Shown here: positions 29,103-38,557 of the stretch, one piece after another
How positions within the stretch are numbered: position 1 is the first letter of the stretch
Layout of the letters: each line of letters starts with the position of its first letter
Assembly: GCA_963842525.1 (NCBI GenBank)
Contig: CAWJGT010000004.1
Coordinates: 160,001-224,000, forward strand
Direction of reading: 5' to 3'
DNA length: 64,000 nucleotides
Origin: an uncultured Holophagales bacterium
GTDB taxonomy: Bacteria; Acidobacteriota; Thermoanaerobaculia; Multivoradales; UBA5704
The notes under the pieces: generated by a model
Database searches by the model: none
What the model saw: only the letters and a program-made list of their open reading frames with translations
Told to the model about the DNA's origin: nothing
Position numbers and translations under genes: made by a program

Positions 29103-30745
29103 GCCACAGTCCTCTCTGCGCCTTGGACGGAGCGGATGGGGATTTCCAGGACCGCCTCGACCCCGCCGCCGGGGTGATTGCGCAGCCGGCAGCGTCCGCC
29201 GTGCTCCTCGGCGACGCGCCGGACGAGCGCGAGCCCGAGGCCGGTCCCCTCGGCGCGGGTGGTGACGAAGGCATCGAAGGCGCGCTCGCCGAGCCCGGGA
29301 TCGAGCCCGCCGCCATGGTCGCGGACGACGACCCGCGCCATGCCCTCGGTCTCCTCGACCGCCACCTCCACCCGGCCGCCGGGCGGGCTGGCCTGGAGGG
29401 CGTTGCGCACCAGGTTGACCAGGGCGCCGCGCACCGCCTCGACGTCGGCGAGGATCACAGCCTGCCCCCACGGGCCATCAGCCGGTGCTTCTATGAAGAT
29501 ACCGCGGCCCGCGGCCTCGAGCTCCAGGGTGGCCAGGGCCTCGCGGGTGAGCTGCGCCAGGTCGGCGTCTTCCCGCGGGCCGGAGGACGGGCGCGCCAGG
29601 TCCAGGAATTCCTTGAGCTTCGCCTCCAGGCGGGAGACCTCCTGGCGGATCAGCGCGGCGAGCTGCCGCGTCCGCTCCTCCGGGGCCGACAGGCGCTCGA
29701 TCCGCTGGGCGGCCATGCCGATGCCGTTCAACGGATTGCGCACCTCGTGGGCCAGGCCGGCGGCGATCGCTCCCGCGGCGGCCAGCCGCTCGCCGCGCCG
29801 GCGGTCCTCCTCGAGCTCGGCGAAGCGGCGCCGGCTCTCCTCCCGCTCCCGGGCCCGGGCGCGCTGTACCAGCGTGAAGCCGGCGCTCGACAGGCCGAAG
29901 GCGGCGAGGACCAGACCCACCAGCACGGTGCGCCGCAGGGCCGAGGCGGCCGAGCGCCGCAGCGGCTCGCCGTTGAGCCCCACCCGCAGCGATGCCTCGC
30001 GGCCGGCCGGTGAGGAGACCGGCACCGCCACCTCGAAGACCGGCCGGTCCCGCAGCACGGTCGTGGGAGCGGGAGGGACCGGCTGCCCGTCCCAGCTCGC
30101 CTCGGCCCGTACGTCTCCCGGGTGTTCCTCGTAGACCAGGTAGAGGACCGCGCGGGTGTCGACCAGGCGGTGCAGGAGGTTGGCGGTGCCGATCTGGCGG
30201 GTGAAGGCGTACGCCCGTGCGGGCGACGCCAGGACGGCCACGGCGCCGCCGTCCCGGGTGGCCACGGCCGCCGCGAGATGCTCCGCCTCGCTCGCAGCAC
30301 CCAGGATCAGCTCGTCAGCTTCGCCCCGAAGGACCGGCGCGAGGCGGGCACGGAGCGCGGCCTCGTCGACCGGCCGGCCGGTCCGCTGAAGGACCCCGCC
30401 GCCGGGTGCGAGCACGACGACGGTCTCGAGCCCGTTCTCCTCGGCGAGCGTCGCGAGCTCGCCGGCGGGGTCCTCCGGCGGGCCGGCCGGCCGGGAGCGG
30501 GCTTCCAGGCGGGCAAGGAGACGGGCGTTGTCCAGCAGCTTCCAGGAGAGCAGCTCGTCGAGCTCGCGGGCGGCGGCCGATGCAGAGGCCAGGGCGGGTC
30601 CGAGGGTATGGGCCAGGAGGGCGGCCTCCGCGCGCAACGCCTCCTCGACCTCGCGTTGCTGGCTGCGGACCTCCGACAAGGCCCACAGCGCAAGAGCGGG
30701 GACCAGAAGAACCGCCAGGAAGCTCCAGAAGCGGGCGCGGCGCAT
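29099..30745 (-). CDS. Membrane sensor histidine kinase
   Basis: Two TM helices; AHEVRNPL H-box, NLVRNALQA, DHGGG, GTGLGL. Confidence 0.93.
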   Translation of the reverse strand: MRRARFWSFLAVLLVPALALWALSEVRSQQREVEEALRAEAALLAHTLGPALASASAAARELDELLSWKLLDNARLLARLEARSRPAGPPEDPAGELATLAEENGLETVVVLAPGGGVLQRTGRPVDEAALRARLAPVLRGEADELILGAASEAEHLAAAVATRDGGAVAVLASPARAYAFTRQIGTANLLHRLVDTRAVLYLVYEEHPGDVRAEASWDGQPVPPAPTTVLRDRPVFEVAVPVSSPAGREASLRVGLNGEPLRRSAASALRRTVLVGLVLAAFGLSSAGFTLVQRARAREREESRRRFAELEEDRRRGERLAAAGAIAAGLAHEVRNPLNGIGMAAQRIERLSAPEERTRQLAALIRQEVSRLEAKLKEFLDLARPSSGPREDADLAQLTREALATLELEAAGRGIFIEAPADGPWGQAVILADVEAVRGALVNLVRNALQASPPGGRVEVAVEETEGMARVVVRDHGGGLDPGLGERAFDAFVTTRAEGTGLGLALVRRVAEEHGGRCRLRNHPGGGVEAVLEIPIRSVQGAERTVA

Positions 30746-30816
30746 GACTCGTGGATAGCCGGACCGATCGTAGCACGGCGGCCGGACCCGGAGCCTTCCG
30801 AGCCCGGCCCCTCCGC

Positions 30817-31233
30817 CTACCGCGGCCGGGTGACCTCGATCCTCACCAGGTCGCTGTCGGTGAAATCGGACGGGGTCTCCCCGACCAGGCCGATGTGGTA
30901 GACCCCCGGCCGGATCCGGGTGGGCAGCAGCAGCCGGTTGACACCGGTGATCGTCCGGCCCGGCTCGATCTGGGCGACCGCCCTGTTGAGCTGCATGCGA
31001 TCGCCGTTCTCGCCGACGAGCACCCAGGACAGGATGAACCCGCGCGCCGGGTCGCCGCAATTCGTGACGCTCGCCTCCACGACGATCAGGGACCCGGCAG
31101 GAGCCGAGTCCGGCGCCCGCAGCACCTCCACCTCCACGCACTGGTGTGCCCGTGCGGCTGTCGCCGCCACCAGGAGAGCCAGGACCGCGCCGGCGATCCG
31201 CCCCGAGATCTTTCTTCTGTCGTCCCGCAGCAT
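30817..31233 (-). CDS. Small secreted Ig-like protein with two Cys
   Basis: SD GGAAAGGAAG; signal peptide ending ARA-HQC; beta-rich (VEASVTNCG, PGVYHIGLV). Confidence 0.7.
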   Translation of the reverse strand: MLRDDRRKISGRIAGAVLALLVAATAARAHQCVEVEVLRAPDSAPAGSLIVVEASVTNCGDPARGFILSWVLVGENGDRMQLNRAVAQIEPGRTITGVNRLLLPTRIRPGVYHIGLVGETPSDFTDSDLVRIEVTRPR

Positions 31234-31308
31234 CTTCCTTTCCCCTTTCCGAAGAGGGCCTCGTGCGGCCCGGGTTGAGGAGCATCGATGCGTCCGGACT
31301 CCGCCTGT

Positions 31309-31325
31309 CGCAACTGCGATGCCAA
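31309..31325 (-). promoter_or_regulatory. sigma54 (-24/-12) promoter
   Basis: Minus strand reads TTGGCATCGCAGTTGCG, i.e. TGGCA-N6-TTGC with exact GG-N10-GC spacing, upstream of an operon encoding a sigma54 activator. Confidence 0.8.
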
Positions 31326-31656
31326 GGTCGGATAAAGAACGCAAACCACGTATTCATAGCGGTTTACGAGCAGGACGGCAGGCATGGAAGGACGGCGGTT
31401 CGACGGTTTCGTTGAACCGGACCGTCAGTTTCGTCGAGCCCGCCGCGAATCAAGTGGAGCGAGAGCCGATCTCGGCCATTTCCATTCAGCAGTTCAGGGA
31501 GAAAAGAGGAAACAGTTGCCGTCGACAGGTTTTCCGCGGCGCCCTTCTCACTCGGAAAGGTACCGTCCATCCGACACTTCCGTTGCTTCGAGTCGACTTT
31601 GTCCACCGCTCGATGTCAAACTTTGCTTGTTCTCGCGACGAGGGGGAAATGGCCGC

Positions 31657-31884
31657 ATGCCGACGTCCGACCGCCCGACCCGACAGGAGCTGGAGCTGCT
31701 CCTGCGTCATCTCGGTCCCGAGATCGCCCGCATCTTTCGGCGCCACGGGATCTCCGAGGACGAGGCGCAGCTCTTCGTGGGCGAAGCTCTGGCCGAGCTC
31801 ACGAGGAAGTGGGGGAGGGTGAAGAACCGCGAGCGGTGGTTTCTGCGGAGTCTGGCGGAGAGGGCGGGGGCCTCGCGCCCCTGA
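31657..31884 (+). CDS. Small helical protein resembling an isolated ECF sigma region 2
   Basis: IFRRHGISEDEAQLFVGEALAELTRKWGRVKNRERWFLRSL resembles the 'DAEDLLQEALL..L..W..I.NP..WL' pattern. Confidence 0.55.
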   Translation: MPTSDRPTRQELELLLRHLGPEIARIFRRHGISEDEAQLFVGEALAELTRKWGRVKNRERWFLRSLAERAGASRP

Positions 31885-31946
31885 CTCTCTCCATTCTGCC
31901 CGGCCGCGTATAAGCTTGCCGCCCGGCCCTGCCGGAAGGAGGAGAC

Positions 31947-33321
31947 ATGCCCACGGCCGACGTGGTGATCTGCGGCGCCGGGATCGCCGGCATCTCCGCG
32001 GCCTATCACCTGGTGGTGCGCCACGGCCTGCGCGACGTGGTGCTGGTGGACGACCAGCCGCCACTGTCGGTGACCAGCGACAAGTCCACCGAGTGCTACC
32101 GCAACTGGTGGCCCGGACCGGGCGACACCATGGTGCGCTTCATGGGCCGGAGCATCGATCTCCTCGAGGAGCTGGAAGAGGAGAGCGGCCACCGGTTGGC
32201 GATGAACCGCAACGGCTACGCCTACCTGACCGCCGACCCCGCCCGGGCGGCCGAGATGGAACGCGGCGCGCGGGAAGTCTCCGCTCTCGGTGCCGGGGAG
32301 CTGCGCGTCCATTCTGGGAGGAGCGGCGCTCCGGAGTATCCGGAGGCGCCCTTCGACGCGCTCGATCGCTCGCTGACGGGGGCCGACCTGGTGCTCGACC
32401 GCGCAGCGATCTTGCGCCGTTTCCCGTTCGTCGTGCCGGACGTGGTCGCCATGCTCCATCTGCGCCGTTGCGGCTGGCTCTCCGCCCAGCAGCTCGGCAT
32501 GTACCTCCTGGAGCAGGCCCGGGAGCGGGGGTTGCGCCGGATCGCCGGGAGAATCGAGGAGGTCGTGGTGCGGGACGGTCGCGTCGAGGCGGTCCGCCTG
32601 GAGCCGGGGGCCGAGGTCCGGGAGATCTCCACCCGGTGCTTCGTCAACGCTGCGGGCCCCCTCGCTTCCGAGGTGGGCCGCAGGAGCGGCGTCGAGCTCC
32701 CGCTCTTCAACGAGCTGCACGGCAAGGTGACGTTCGACGACTACCTCGGGCTCCTGCCGCGCGAGCTGCCGCTGATGCTGTGGAGCGACCCGGTGACCCT
32801 CGCCTGGAGCGACGAAGAGCGGGCCGAGCTCGCCGCCGATCCGGAAGCTCCGCTGGCTCACCGGGACCCTGCCGGCCGGAGTCCACTTCCGGCCCGAGGG
32901 CGGCCACGGCAGCCGCATGCTGCTCCTTCTCTGGACCTACCACATCGAGCCCCTGGCGCCGGCCTTCCCGCCGGCTTTCGACTCCTGGTATCCGGAGGTG
33001 GTCCTGCGCGGCCTCGTGCAGATGGTGCCGGCCCTCGGCGAGTACCTGACGCGCATGCGCCGTCCCTATGTGGACGGCGGCTACTACTGCAAGACGCGCG
33101 AGAACCGGGCGCTGATCGGCCCGACGCCGGTGGAAGGCAACCACCTGTTCTGCGGCCTGTCCGGCTACGGCATCATGGCCTCCCAGGCCGGGGCCGAGCT
33201 GCTGGCCGCCCACATCATGGGGACGGAGCTGCCCTCGTACGCCGGCGACTTCCTGCTGTCTCGCTACCAGGACCCCTCCTACCTGGCGGGCCTGGAGAGG
33301 CTGGCCTCGGGGCAGTTGTAA
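31947..33321 (+). CDS. FAD-dependent oxidoreductase (DAO/sarcosine oxidase beta family), frameshift near 32850
   Basis: VVICGAGIAG, VNAAG; C-terminal part GYYCKT...LIGP...CGLSGYGIMASQAGAE lies in a second frame. Confidence 0.85.
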
Positions 33322-33434
33322 GCCCGGAAACCCGTCTCCTCCCCGCCCCGTAGGGATCCCGGGCAGGGTATCCTGCTCCCCAACCTTTATCCCACAGGCC
33401 GCCGGGCTCCGGTCCGCCGGCTGGAGGTGGCCTC

Positions 33435-34598
33435 ATGCGCCGTACGTTGTTCTTGACGTCGTTCCTGCTGTCCGCCTTGCCGCTGCACGCTCTGGAAGTC
33501 CGCTTCCACCCCAAAGACTTCGTCTACTCCTACGAGATGTACCCCGAGAAGGGGCTCTCCTCCGTCATGCTCCAGAACATGGCGTTCGTGCAGACCGGCG
33601 GCGAGCCGGTGACCCTCGAATCTGTCGAGATCCGAGTGATGGCCGGAGGGGAGGCGGTCCAGACGGTAGTCCTCCCCGCCCGGATGCTCGAAGGCAGCGC
33701 GCAGCAGATGAGCGCCCTGGAGGCGGAGGGCGTTTTGAAAGCCTATGACTTCTACTTCCAGACCAGCCGGTACCTGGGGGAGGGCATCCGCCTGGCGCCC
33801 AACCGGACGCTCGCCCCGGGGACGGCGCTCATCGTTTTCGGCAAGCCGCTTCTCCTGCTCGCGCCCGCCGAGGCCGTCGAGGTCGTCGCCCGCGGCCGCG
33901 GCGCCGCCGGGCCTGTCGAGGCCCGCGCCAGCCTGAAGGTCGTCAGCCACAAATCCGGGAACGAGTACCACTTGCCCGTGGCCGGGACCTGGTACGTCGG
34001 CGTGGGGCCGAGCCTGGACGCCCCCCACCGCTGGGTCACCAACGAGGAGTTCGCCATCGACCTCGGCGTCGCGGGAGGTGACGGCAGGACCCACAAGGGA
34101 GACGGCTCCAAGGTCGAGGACTACTACGGCTATGGCCGGGATGTCCTGGCCGTGGGGGATGGCGAGGTGGTGGCGGCGGTCACCGATGCGGTGGAGGATC
34201 CCGCCCGCATGCCGCGGCCGGGAGAGAGCTACGCCGATTTCGAGAAGCGAACCCTGGCGGGACAGAATGCGCTGCTGGCGAAGGGGCCCACGGTACCGCT
34301 CGGCAACTACGTCGTCATCCGCCACGGCGGGAACGAGCACTCCCACTACGCGCACCTGAAGCCCGGGAGCGTGCGGGTGAAGGTGGGGGAGGCGGTCAAG
34401 CGCGGCCAGGTCATCGGCCAGCTCGGCCACAGCGGCAACAGCACCGAGCCGCACCTCCATTTCCAGATGACCGACGGCCCGGACCCCCTGTACTCGCGCG
34501 GCATCCCGGTGGTCTTCCGCAATACCTACGTCGAGGGGTTTGGCTACCAGGGGCGTCCGCTGCAGTCGGGCTGGATCGTGACGACCCGGCAGCAGTAG
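33435..34598 (+). CDS. Secreted M23 family metallopeptidase
   Basis: Signal peptide; HRW...FAID, GNYVVIRH, YAHL, GNSTEPHLHF. Confidence 0.9.
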   Translation: MRRTLFLTSFLLSALPLHALEVRFHPKDFVYSYEMYPEKGLSSVMLQNMAFVQTGGEPVTLESVEIRVMAGGEAVQTVVLPARMLEGSAQQMSALEAEGVLKAYDFYFQTSRYLGEGIRLAPNRTLAPGTALIVFGKPLLLLAPAEAVEVVARGRGAAGPVEARASLKVVSHKSGNEYHLPVAGTWYVGVGPSLDAPHRWVTNEEFAIDLGVAGGDGRTHKGDGSKVEDYYGYGRDVLAVGDGEVVAAVTDAVEDPARMPRPGESYADFEKRTLAGQNALLAKGPTVPLGNYVVIRHGGNEHSHYAHLKPGSVRVKVGEAVKRGQVIGQLGHSGNSTEPHLHFQMTDGPDPLYSRGIPVVFRNTYVEGFGYQGRPLQSGWIVTTRQQ

Positions 34599-34604
34599 AG
34601 CACC

Positions 34605-35195
34605 TCAGCGTTTTCCGAACAGGCCTCCGAGCAGATCGCCGCCCATGCCGGCGATCTCGTCCATGGCGCTGCCGTCGCCATCGCGGTCGAGGATCTTCGT
34701 CAGCATGCCGCCGATGCCGGAGCCGCTCTGGGCCTGCGCGGAGCCGAGGACATCGGCGAGACCGCCGGAATCCAGCCCCTTCTGGCGGTTCATCCGCCCG
34801 AGGGCGCTGAGCACGAGCGGGGCGAGCATGGCGAGGAGCTGGCCCGCCTTGCCGGCTTCGAGCCCGGTGGCCTGGCCCAGGCCGGCCGAGGCGCGGGGCG
34901 TGGAGCCGCCGAAGATATGCCCCAGAATGGCCGCGCCCGGGCCGGTGTCTCCCATGCCCAGGAAGCCTGCGGCCTGGTCGAGCAGACTGCCGTCGTGGTC
35001 GCGGCTTACAGCGTTGTGGAGCGCCGCGGCACCCTCCGGCTGCGCGGCGTTGCGGGCCAGCGCACCGGTGAGCAGAGGAAGCGCTCCGTCGACGGCTCGC
35101 TGCGCCGTGGCATGGTCGATGCCCAACTGGTCGCTGATGGCCTGGATGCCCTGCGGGCCGAGTTGGGCCGAGACGAGATCATTGATGGAAGTCAT
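34605..35195 (-). CDS. DUF937 family protein
   Basis: ALPLLTGALARNA, HDGSLLD, ILGHIFG, LLAMLAPLVL, LDRDGDGS. Confidence 0.85.
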   Translation of the reverse strand: MTSINDLVSAQLGPQGIQAISDQLGIDHATAQRAVDGALPLLTGALARNAAQPEGAAALHNAVSRDHDGSLLDQAAGFLGMGDTGPGAAILGHIFGGSTPRASAGLGQATGLEAGKAGQLLAMLAPLVLSALGRMNRQKGLDSGGLADVLGSAQAQSGSGIGGMLTKILDRDGDGSAMDEIAGMGGDLLGGLFGKR

Positions 35196-35252
35196 GACAG
35201 TTCCTTTCTGGTTCGAGGTGGCGAGTCTAGGTGTGGAGGCTTACGCCCCGCA

Positions 35253-35477
35253 TTACGCGTCGACCACCTTCAGGGCGTCGACCGGACAGACGGTGCAGGC
35301 TTCGATCAGCCGGTCGCGATCGATGTCCGGGGCGTCCTCCCGGAAGATGACGATTCCCTCCGCGTCGAGCTCGAAGACCTCGGGGGCCAGCTTGATGCAA
35401 TTGCTGCTGCCGATGCAGGTCATGCGGTCGATGACGACGGTCAGTCCGCTGAGGCGGCGCTCAATTGTTTCGGCCAT
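35253..35477 (-). CDS. Ferredoxin (3Fe-4S-type motif)
   Basis: CIGSSNC...APEVF...CTVCPVDAL. Confidence 0.85.
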   Translation of the reverse strand: MAETIERRLSGLTVVIDRMTCIGSSNCIKLAPEVFELDAEGIVIFREDAPDIDRDRLIEACTVCPVDALKVVDA

Positions 35478-35507
35478 GGTGCAAGTATAGGCCCGGAGTA
35501 GGCCCCC

Positions 35508-36125
35508 TCAGCCCGCCTCCCCGGCATACAGATACGTACCGACCTTCGGCCCTGGAATGTAGAAGCGATCGATCCGCTCCAGACGGAGCCCTGCGCCCTC
35601 GATCAGGCGATCGATCTCGCGGTTCAGATGACAGCCGCCGGCGAGCCTTTTCTGGAGAGGGGTGAGCCGGTCCTGCCAGCGGGCCACGCGCGGCTCGGGG
35701 GAGCGGCCGTGCTCGACGAAGTGGAAGGCGCCGCCGGGTTTCAGGACCCGCCGCACCTCGCGCAACGCGTTTTCCACATCCGGGATTGTGCAGAGGGTCC
35801 AGGTGGAGGCGACCGCGTCGACCGAGGCGTCGGATAGCGGGAGGGTCTCCGCGGTGCTCCCGATGCGCTCCACCGGGAACGGGGCCGCCTCGATCGCCTG
35901 GCGCGCCATCCTCCAGGCCTCATCCGAGGGTTCGACGGCGTAGAGCCGCGCCACCCCTGCCGGCCCCGGCGGATACCAGGGCAGGTTCAGACCGGAGCCG
36001 AAGCCGATCTCGAGGACATCTCCTGAAACACCCTGCAGGTATCTCTGCCGCAGGTCAGCGAATTCACGGCCTCCCAGCACCCAGTGGACGAGGTGGGGGA
36101 GGAGGCGGTCCGTGTAGAGGGGCAT
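35508..36125 (-). CDS. Class I SAM-dependent methyltransferase
   Basis: VLEIGFGSG, LCTIPD, RVLKPGG, GGCHLNR. Confidence 0.9.
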   Translation of the reverse strand: MPLYTDRLLPHLVHWVLGGREFADLRQRYLQGVSGDVLEIGFGSGLNLPWYPPGPAGVARLYAVEPSDEAWRMARQAIEAAPFPVERIGSTAETLPLSDASVDAVASTWTLCTIPDVENALREVRRVLKPGGAFHFVEHGRSPEPRVARWQDRLTPLQKRLAGGCHLNREIDRLIEGAGLRLERIDRFYIPGPKVGTYLYAGEAG

Positions 36126-36244
36126 GCCGGGATGCTACCCGAGCGCCAGGAATTTATCCCCGGCGTTTCACCCTTACGTGTACAATCGCCCGGTTGCGGC
36201 GGGCTCCGCGAGCCGCCCTGCGCGGTATCACCCTACTCTGGAGA

Positions 36245-37114
36245 ATGGATATGAAGAAGCTTTCCGCCCTTGCCGCCTTGCTGCTCCTCTCGGCAGTTAC
36301 GGCTCGCGCCGCTGAGCAGAACCAGGGCCAGCCGGCCCAGCAGGCCCCGAAGGCCGCGCCCGCCCAGCCGGGCAACAAGCCCGAGTCGCTCGACGACAAG
36401 GCCAGCTACATCATCGGCCTGAACCTCGGGTCGAACCTCAAGCAGAACGAGGTCCCGGTCAATCTCGATCTCATCGTCCGCGGCCTCCGGGACGGCCTCG
36501 CCGGCTCCCAGGCGCTGACCAACGAGGAGGTCCAGGCTGCCATGCAGGAGTTCCAGCAGAAGATGGTGGCCGCGCAGCAGGCGAAGGCGAAGGTTGCCGG
36601 AGAGACGAACAAGAAGGCGGCCGACGAGTTCCTGACCGCCAACAAGGCCCAGCAGGGCGTGGTCACCACGGCGAGCGGGCTGCAGTACCAGGTGCTCCAG
36701 CAGGGCACCGGCCCAAAGCCGAAGGCGGATGACAAGGTGACGGTCAACTACAAGGGCACGCTGCTCGACGGCACGGTATTCGACAGCTCCTACGACCGCG
36801 GCGAGCCGGCCACCTTCGGGGTGAGCCAGGTGATCCCCGGCTGGGTCGAGGCCCTGCAGCTCATGCCGGTGGGCTCCAAGTACAAGCTCTTCATCCCGCC
36901 GAACCTGGCGTATGGCGAGTCCGGCGCCGGCCGCGACATCGGCCCCAACTCGGCCCTGGTCTTCGAGGTCGAGCTTCTGAAGATCGAGCCGCCGGCCGCG
37001 GCGGGGCAGACTCCGCCGGCGGACGGCCATGCCGGCCATGCGCACGGCGAGCAGCCGCAGCTCCAGCAGGAACAGAAGCCGCCGCAAGAAGAGCAGAAGC
37101 CGCCCCAGCAGTAA
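36245..37114 (+). CDS. Periplasmic FKBP-type peptidyl-prolyl isomerase (FkpA/Mip-like)
   Basis: Signal peptide; KASYIIG, TASGLQY, YKGTLLDGTVFDSS, VIPGWVEAL, LAYG. Confidence 0.93.
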   Translation: MDMKKLSALAALLLLSAVTARAAEQNQGQPAQQAPKAAPAQPGNKPESLDDKASYIIGLNLGSNLKQNEVPVNLDLIVRGLRDGLAGSQALTNEEVQAAMQEFQQKMVAAQQAKAKVAGETNKKAADEFLTANKAQQGVVTTASGLQYQVLQQGTGPKPKADDKVTVNYKGTLLDGTVFDSSYDRGEPATFGVSQVIPGWVEALQLMPVGSKYKLFIPPNLAYGESGAGRDIGPNSALVFEVELLKIEPPAAAGQTPPADGHAGHAHGEQPQLQQEQKPPQEEQKPPQQ

Positions 37115-37156
37115 CCCCCACTTGTCAGGACAAAGGGCGCAGCATGCTGCGCCCGC

Positions 37157-37729
37157 TCAGTCCGTAAGTTGGCCCGCACCCTCGGGCACGAGCCAGTCGA
37201 GATCGTCGCGGTGGCTGACGAGGTGGGGCTTGGCGCGACAGTTTCTGGTGAAGATGGCCAGCTCGCTCCACCTCGAATAAGGCCCGCTCCACTCGGAAAA
37301 TCCCATCCTCCAGAGTGAGGCGCTTCGGCAGGCGACTCCCTGATCACCTTGCTGATGCCACTCCGAGGCCGCCCTACGCGTAAGGTCCTTCGGGACACCA
37401 TCAGGATAGGCGACTGCGAACCCTGCCGCCGTGATCCCTTCGACGGATACGACATCGACCACCTCGCCGGTCCAATCCACCTCCACGAGGCGCGGCCGGT
37501 AGGCAGGCAGGAGGTCTTCCATCTCGACGCCTGCGAACCGCAGGATGTCGCGTGTCACCGCCCGTGCGACGAGTTGGCTGCAGCAGCAGTAGAGAGCCGG
37601 AAACTCCAGCGAGTTCCAGCGATTGTCAGCCGCCGTTCGGCTGAAGGAGGCATCCAGGGGATCTTTCCAACCGGCCCGGACGACACGATAGAGGGGACGG
37701 TGGACGTGAGATATAAGGAGGCGGCTCAT
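37157..37729 (-). CDS. RES domain protein (atypical)
   Basis: LYRV, NRWN, ALY and GVACRSA motifs; 4-bp overlap with the upstream HTH gene. Confidence 0.75.
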   Translation of the reverse strand: MSRLLISHVHRPLYRVVRAGWKDPLDASFSRTAADNRWNSLEFPALYCCCSQLVARAVTRDILRFAGVEMEDLLPAYRPRLVEVDWTGEVVDVVSVEGITAAGFAVAYPDGVPKDLTRRAASEWHQQGDQGVACRSASLWRMGFSEWSGPYSRWSELAIFTRNCRAKPHLVSHRDDLDWLVPEGAGQLTD

Positions 37730-38523
37730 CCCTGATAGGCGAGGGCTACCTCGTAGCGGTCCGCTGCCTCCGCGATCCGCCCTCGCAAGATCCAGTCGAG
37801 AGCGCTCTCGCCGGTGAAGAGGCCGGCTTTCCTCCGGATCCCAGAGGCGAGACGCTCCGGCTGAAAGATCTCCAGCAGCCGGCGCAGCCCGGCATCAGCC
37901 TGGACCAGATCGGCCATCCTTTCGGCGGGAATCTCATGGCTGCCCCGCTCCCAGCGCCGGACTGTTTCGCCGGAGGTGCCGAGGACACGGCCGAGGAGGT
38001 CGTAGCTCAGGTCGAGCTGTGCCATGAGGCGCCTCAGGATATCCCGGCCCCGAACATTCCTCTCGGAGTCGCGCAGAACCTCGAAGATTGCCGTGTTGAA
38101 GACGGACAGAAACTCGTGCTCGGTGGCCTGCTCGACAGGGAGGTCCGGGAAGGACGCCTCCAACTCCTCCGGCGTATCGATCATGGCGCAGGGAAGTCCT
38201 AGAGCTTCCGCCACCCGGGCCCAGGTGAGCAGGAGGAATCGCAAGGCCGCCTCGGGCTCGCCGTGGCGGAGGAAGCGCAGGGACGGGAAGCAGGCCTGGA
38301 GCGAGCTGTGGCGCACCAACGTGGCCAAATCACCCTCGAATCCCGCAAGCTCATTGAGATCGGCCAGGCACCGATCCAAGAGATGGACGATTTCCCGAAC
38401 GCTGCCGAGGTCCGGCGTATCCGGCCGCAGTCGTTTCGGAGACTGTGCGTCGATCCGTACGCTCAGGCTCTGCAGGGCACGTTCCAGGACAATGGGATGC
38501 GGCAAAGAATCACCATGCCTCAT
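37726..38523 (-). CDS. Xre/MbcA/ParS-like antitoxin with extra N-terminal domain
   Basis: HTH LSYDLLGRVLGTSGETVRRWERG; C-terminal GLFTGESALDWILRG resembles the MbcA/ParS C-terminus. Confidence 0.75.
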   Translation of the reverse strand: MRHGDSLPHPIVLERALQSLSVRIDAQSPKRLRPDTPDLGSVREIVHLLDRCLADLNELAGFEGDLATLVRHSSLQACFPSLRFLRHGEPEAALRFLLLTWARVAEALGLPCAMIDTPEELEASFPDLPVEQATEHEFLSVFNTAIFEVLRDSERNVRGRDILRRLMAQLDLSYDLLGRVLGTSGETVRRWERGSHEIPAERMADLVQADAGLRRLLEIFQPERLASGIRRKAGLFTGESALDWILRGRIAEAADRYEVALAYQG

Positions 38524-38529
38524 GCCTCT

Positions 38530-38557
38530 ATTGTGCCACACTGTTGCCACACGTCAA
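38530..38557 (-). promoter_or_regulatory. sigma70 promoter for a leaderless Xre/RES transcript
   Basis: Minus strand TTGACG-N16-CACAAT (extended TG), 6 nt before ATG 38523. A TGCCACA direct repeat within it is a candidate operator. Confidence 0.55.

Noticed and set aside
31330-31650. Riboswitch or ncRNA in the long intergenic region
   Set aside because: No recognisable aptamer. The length is explained by a sigma54 enhancer region plus a divergent promoter.
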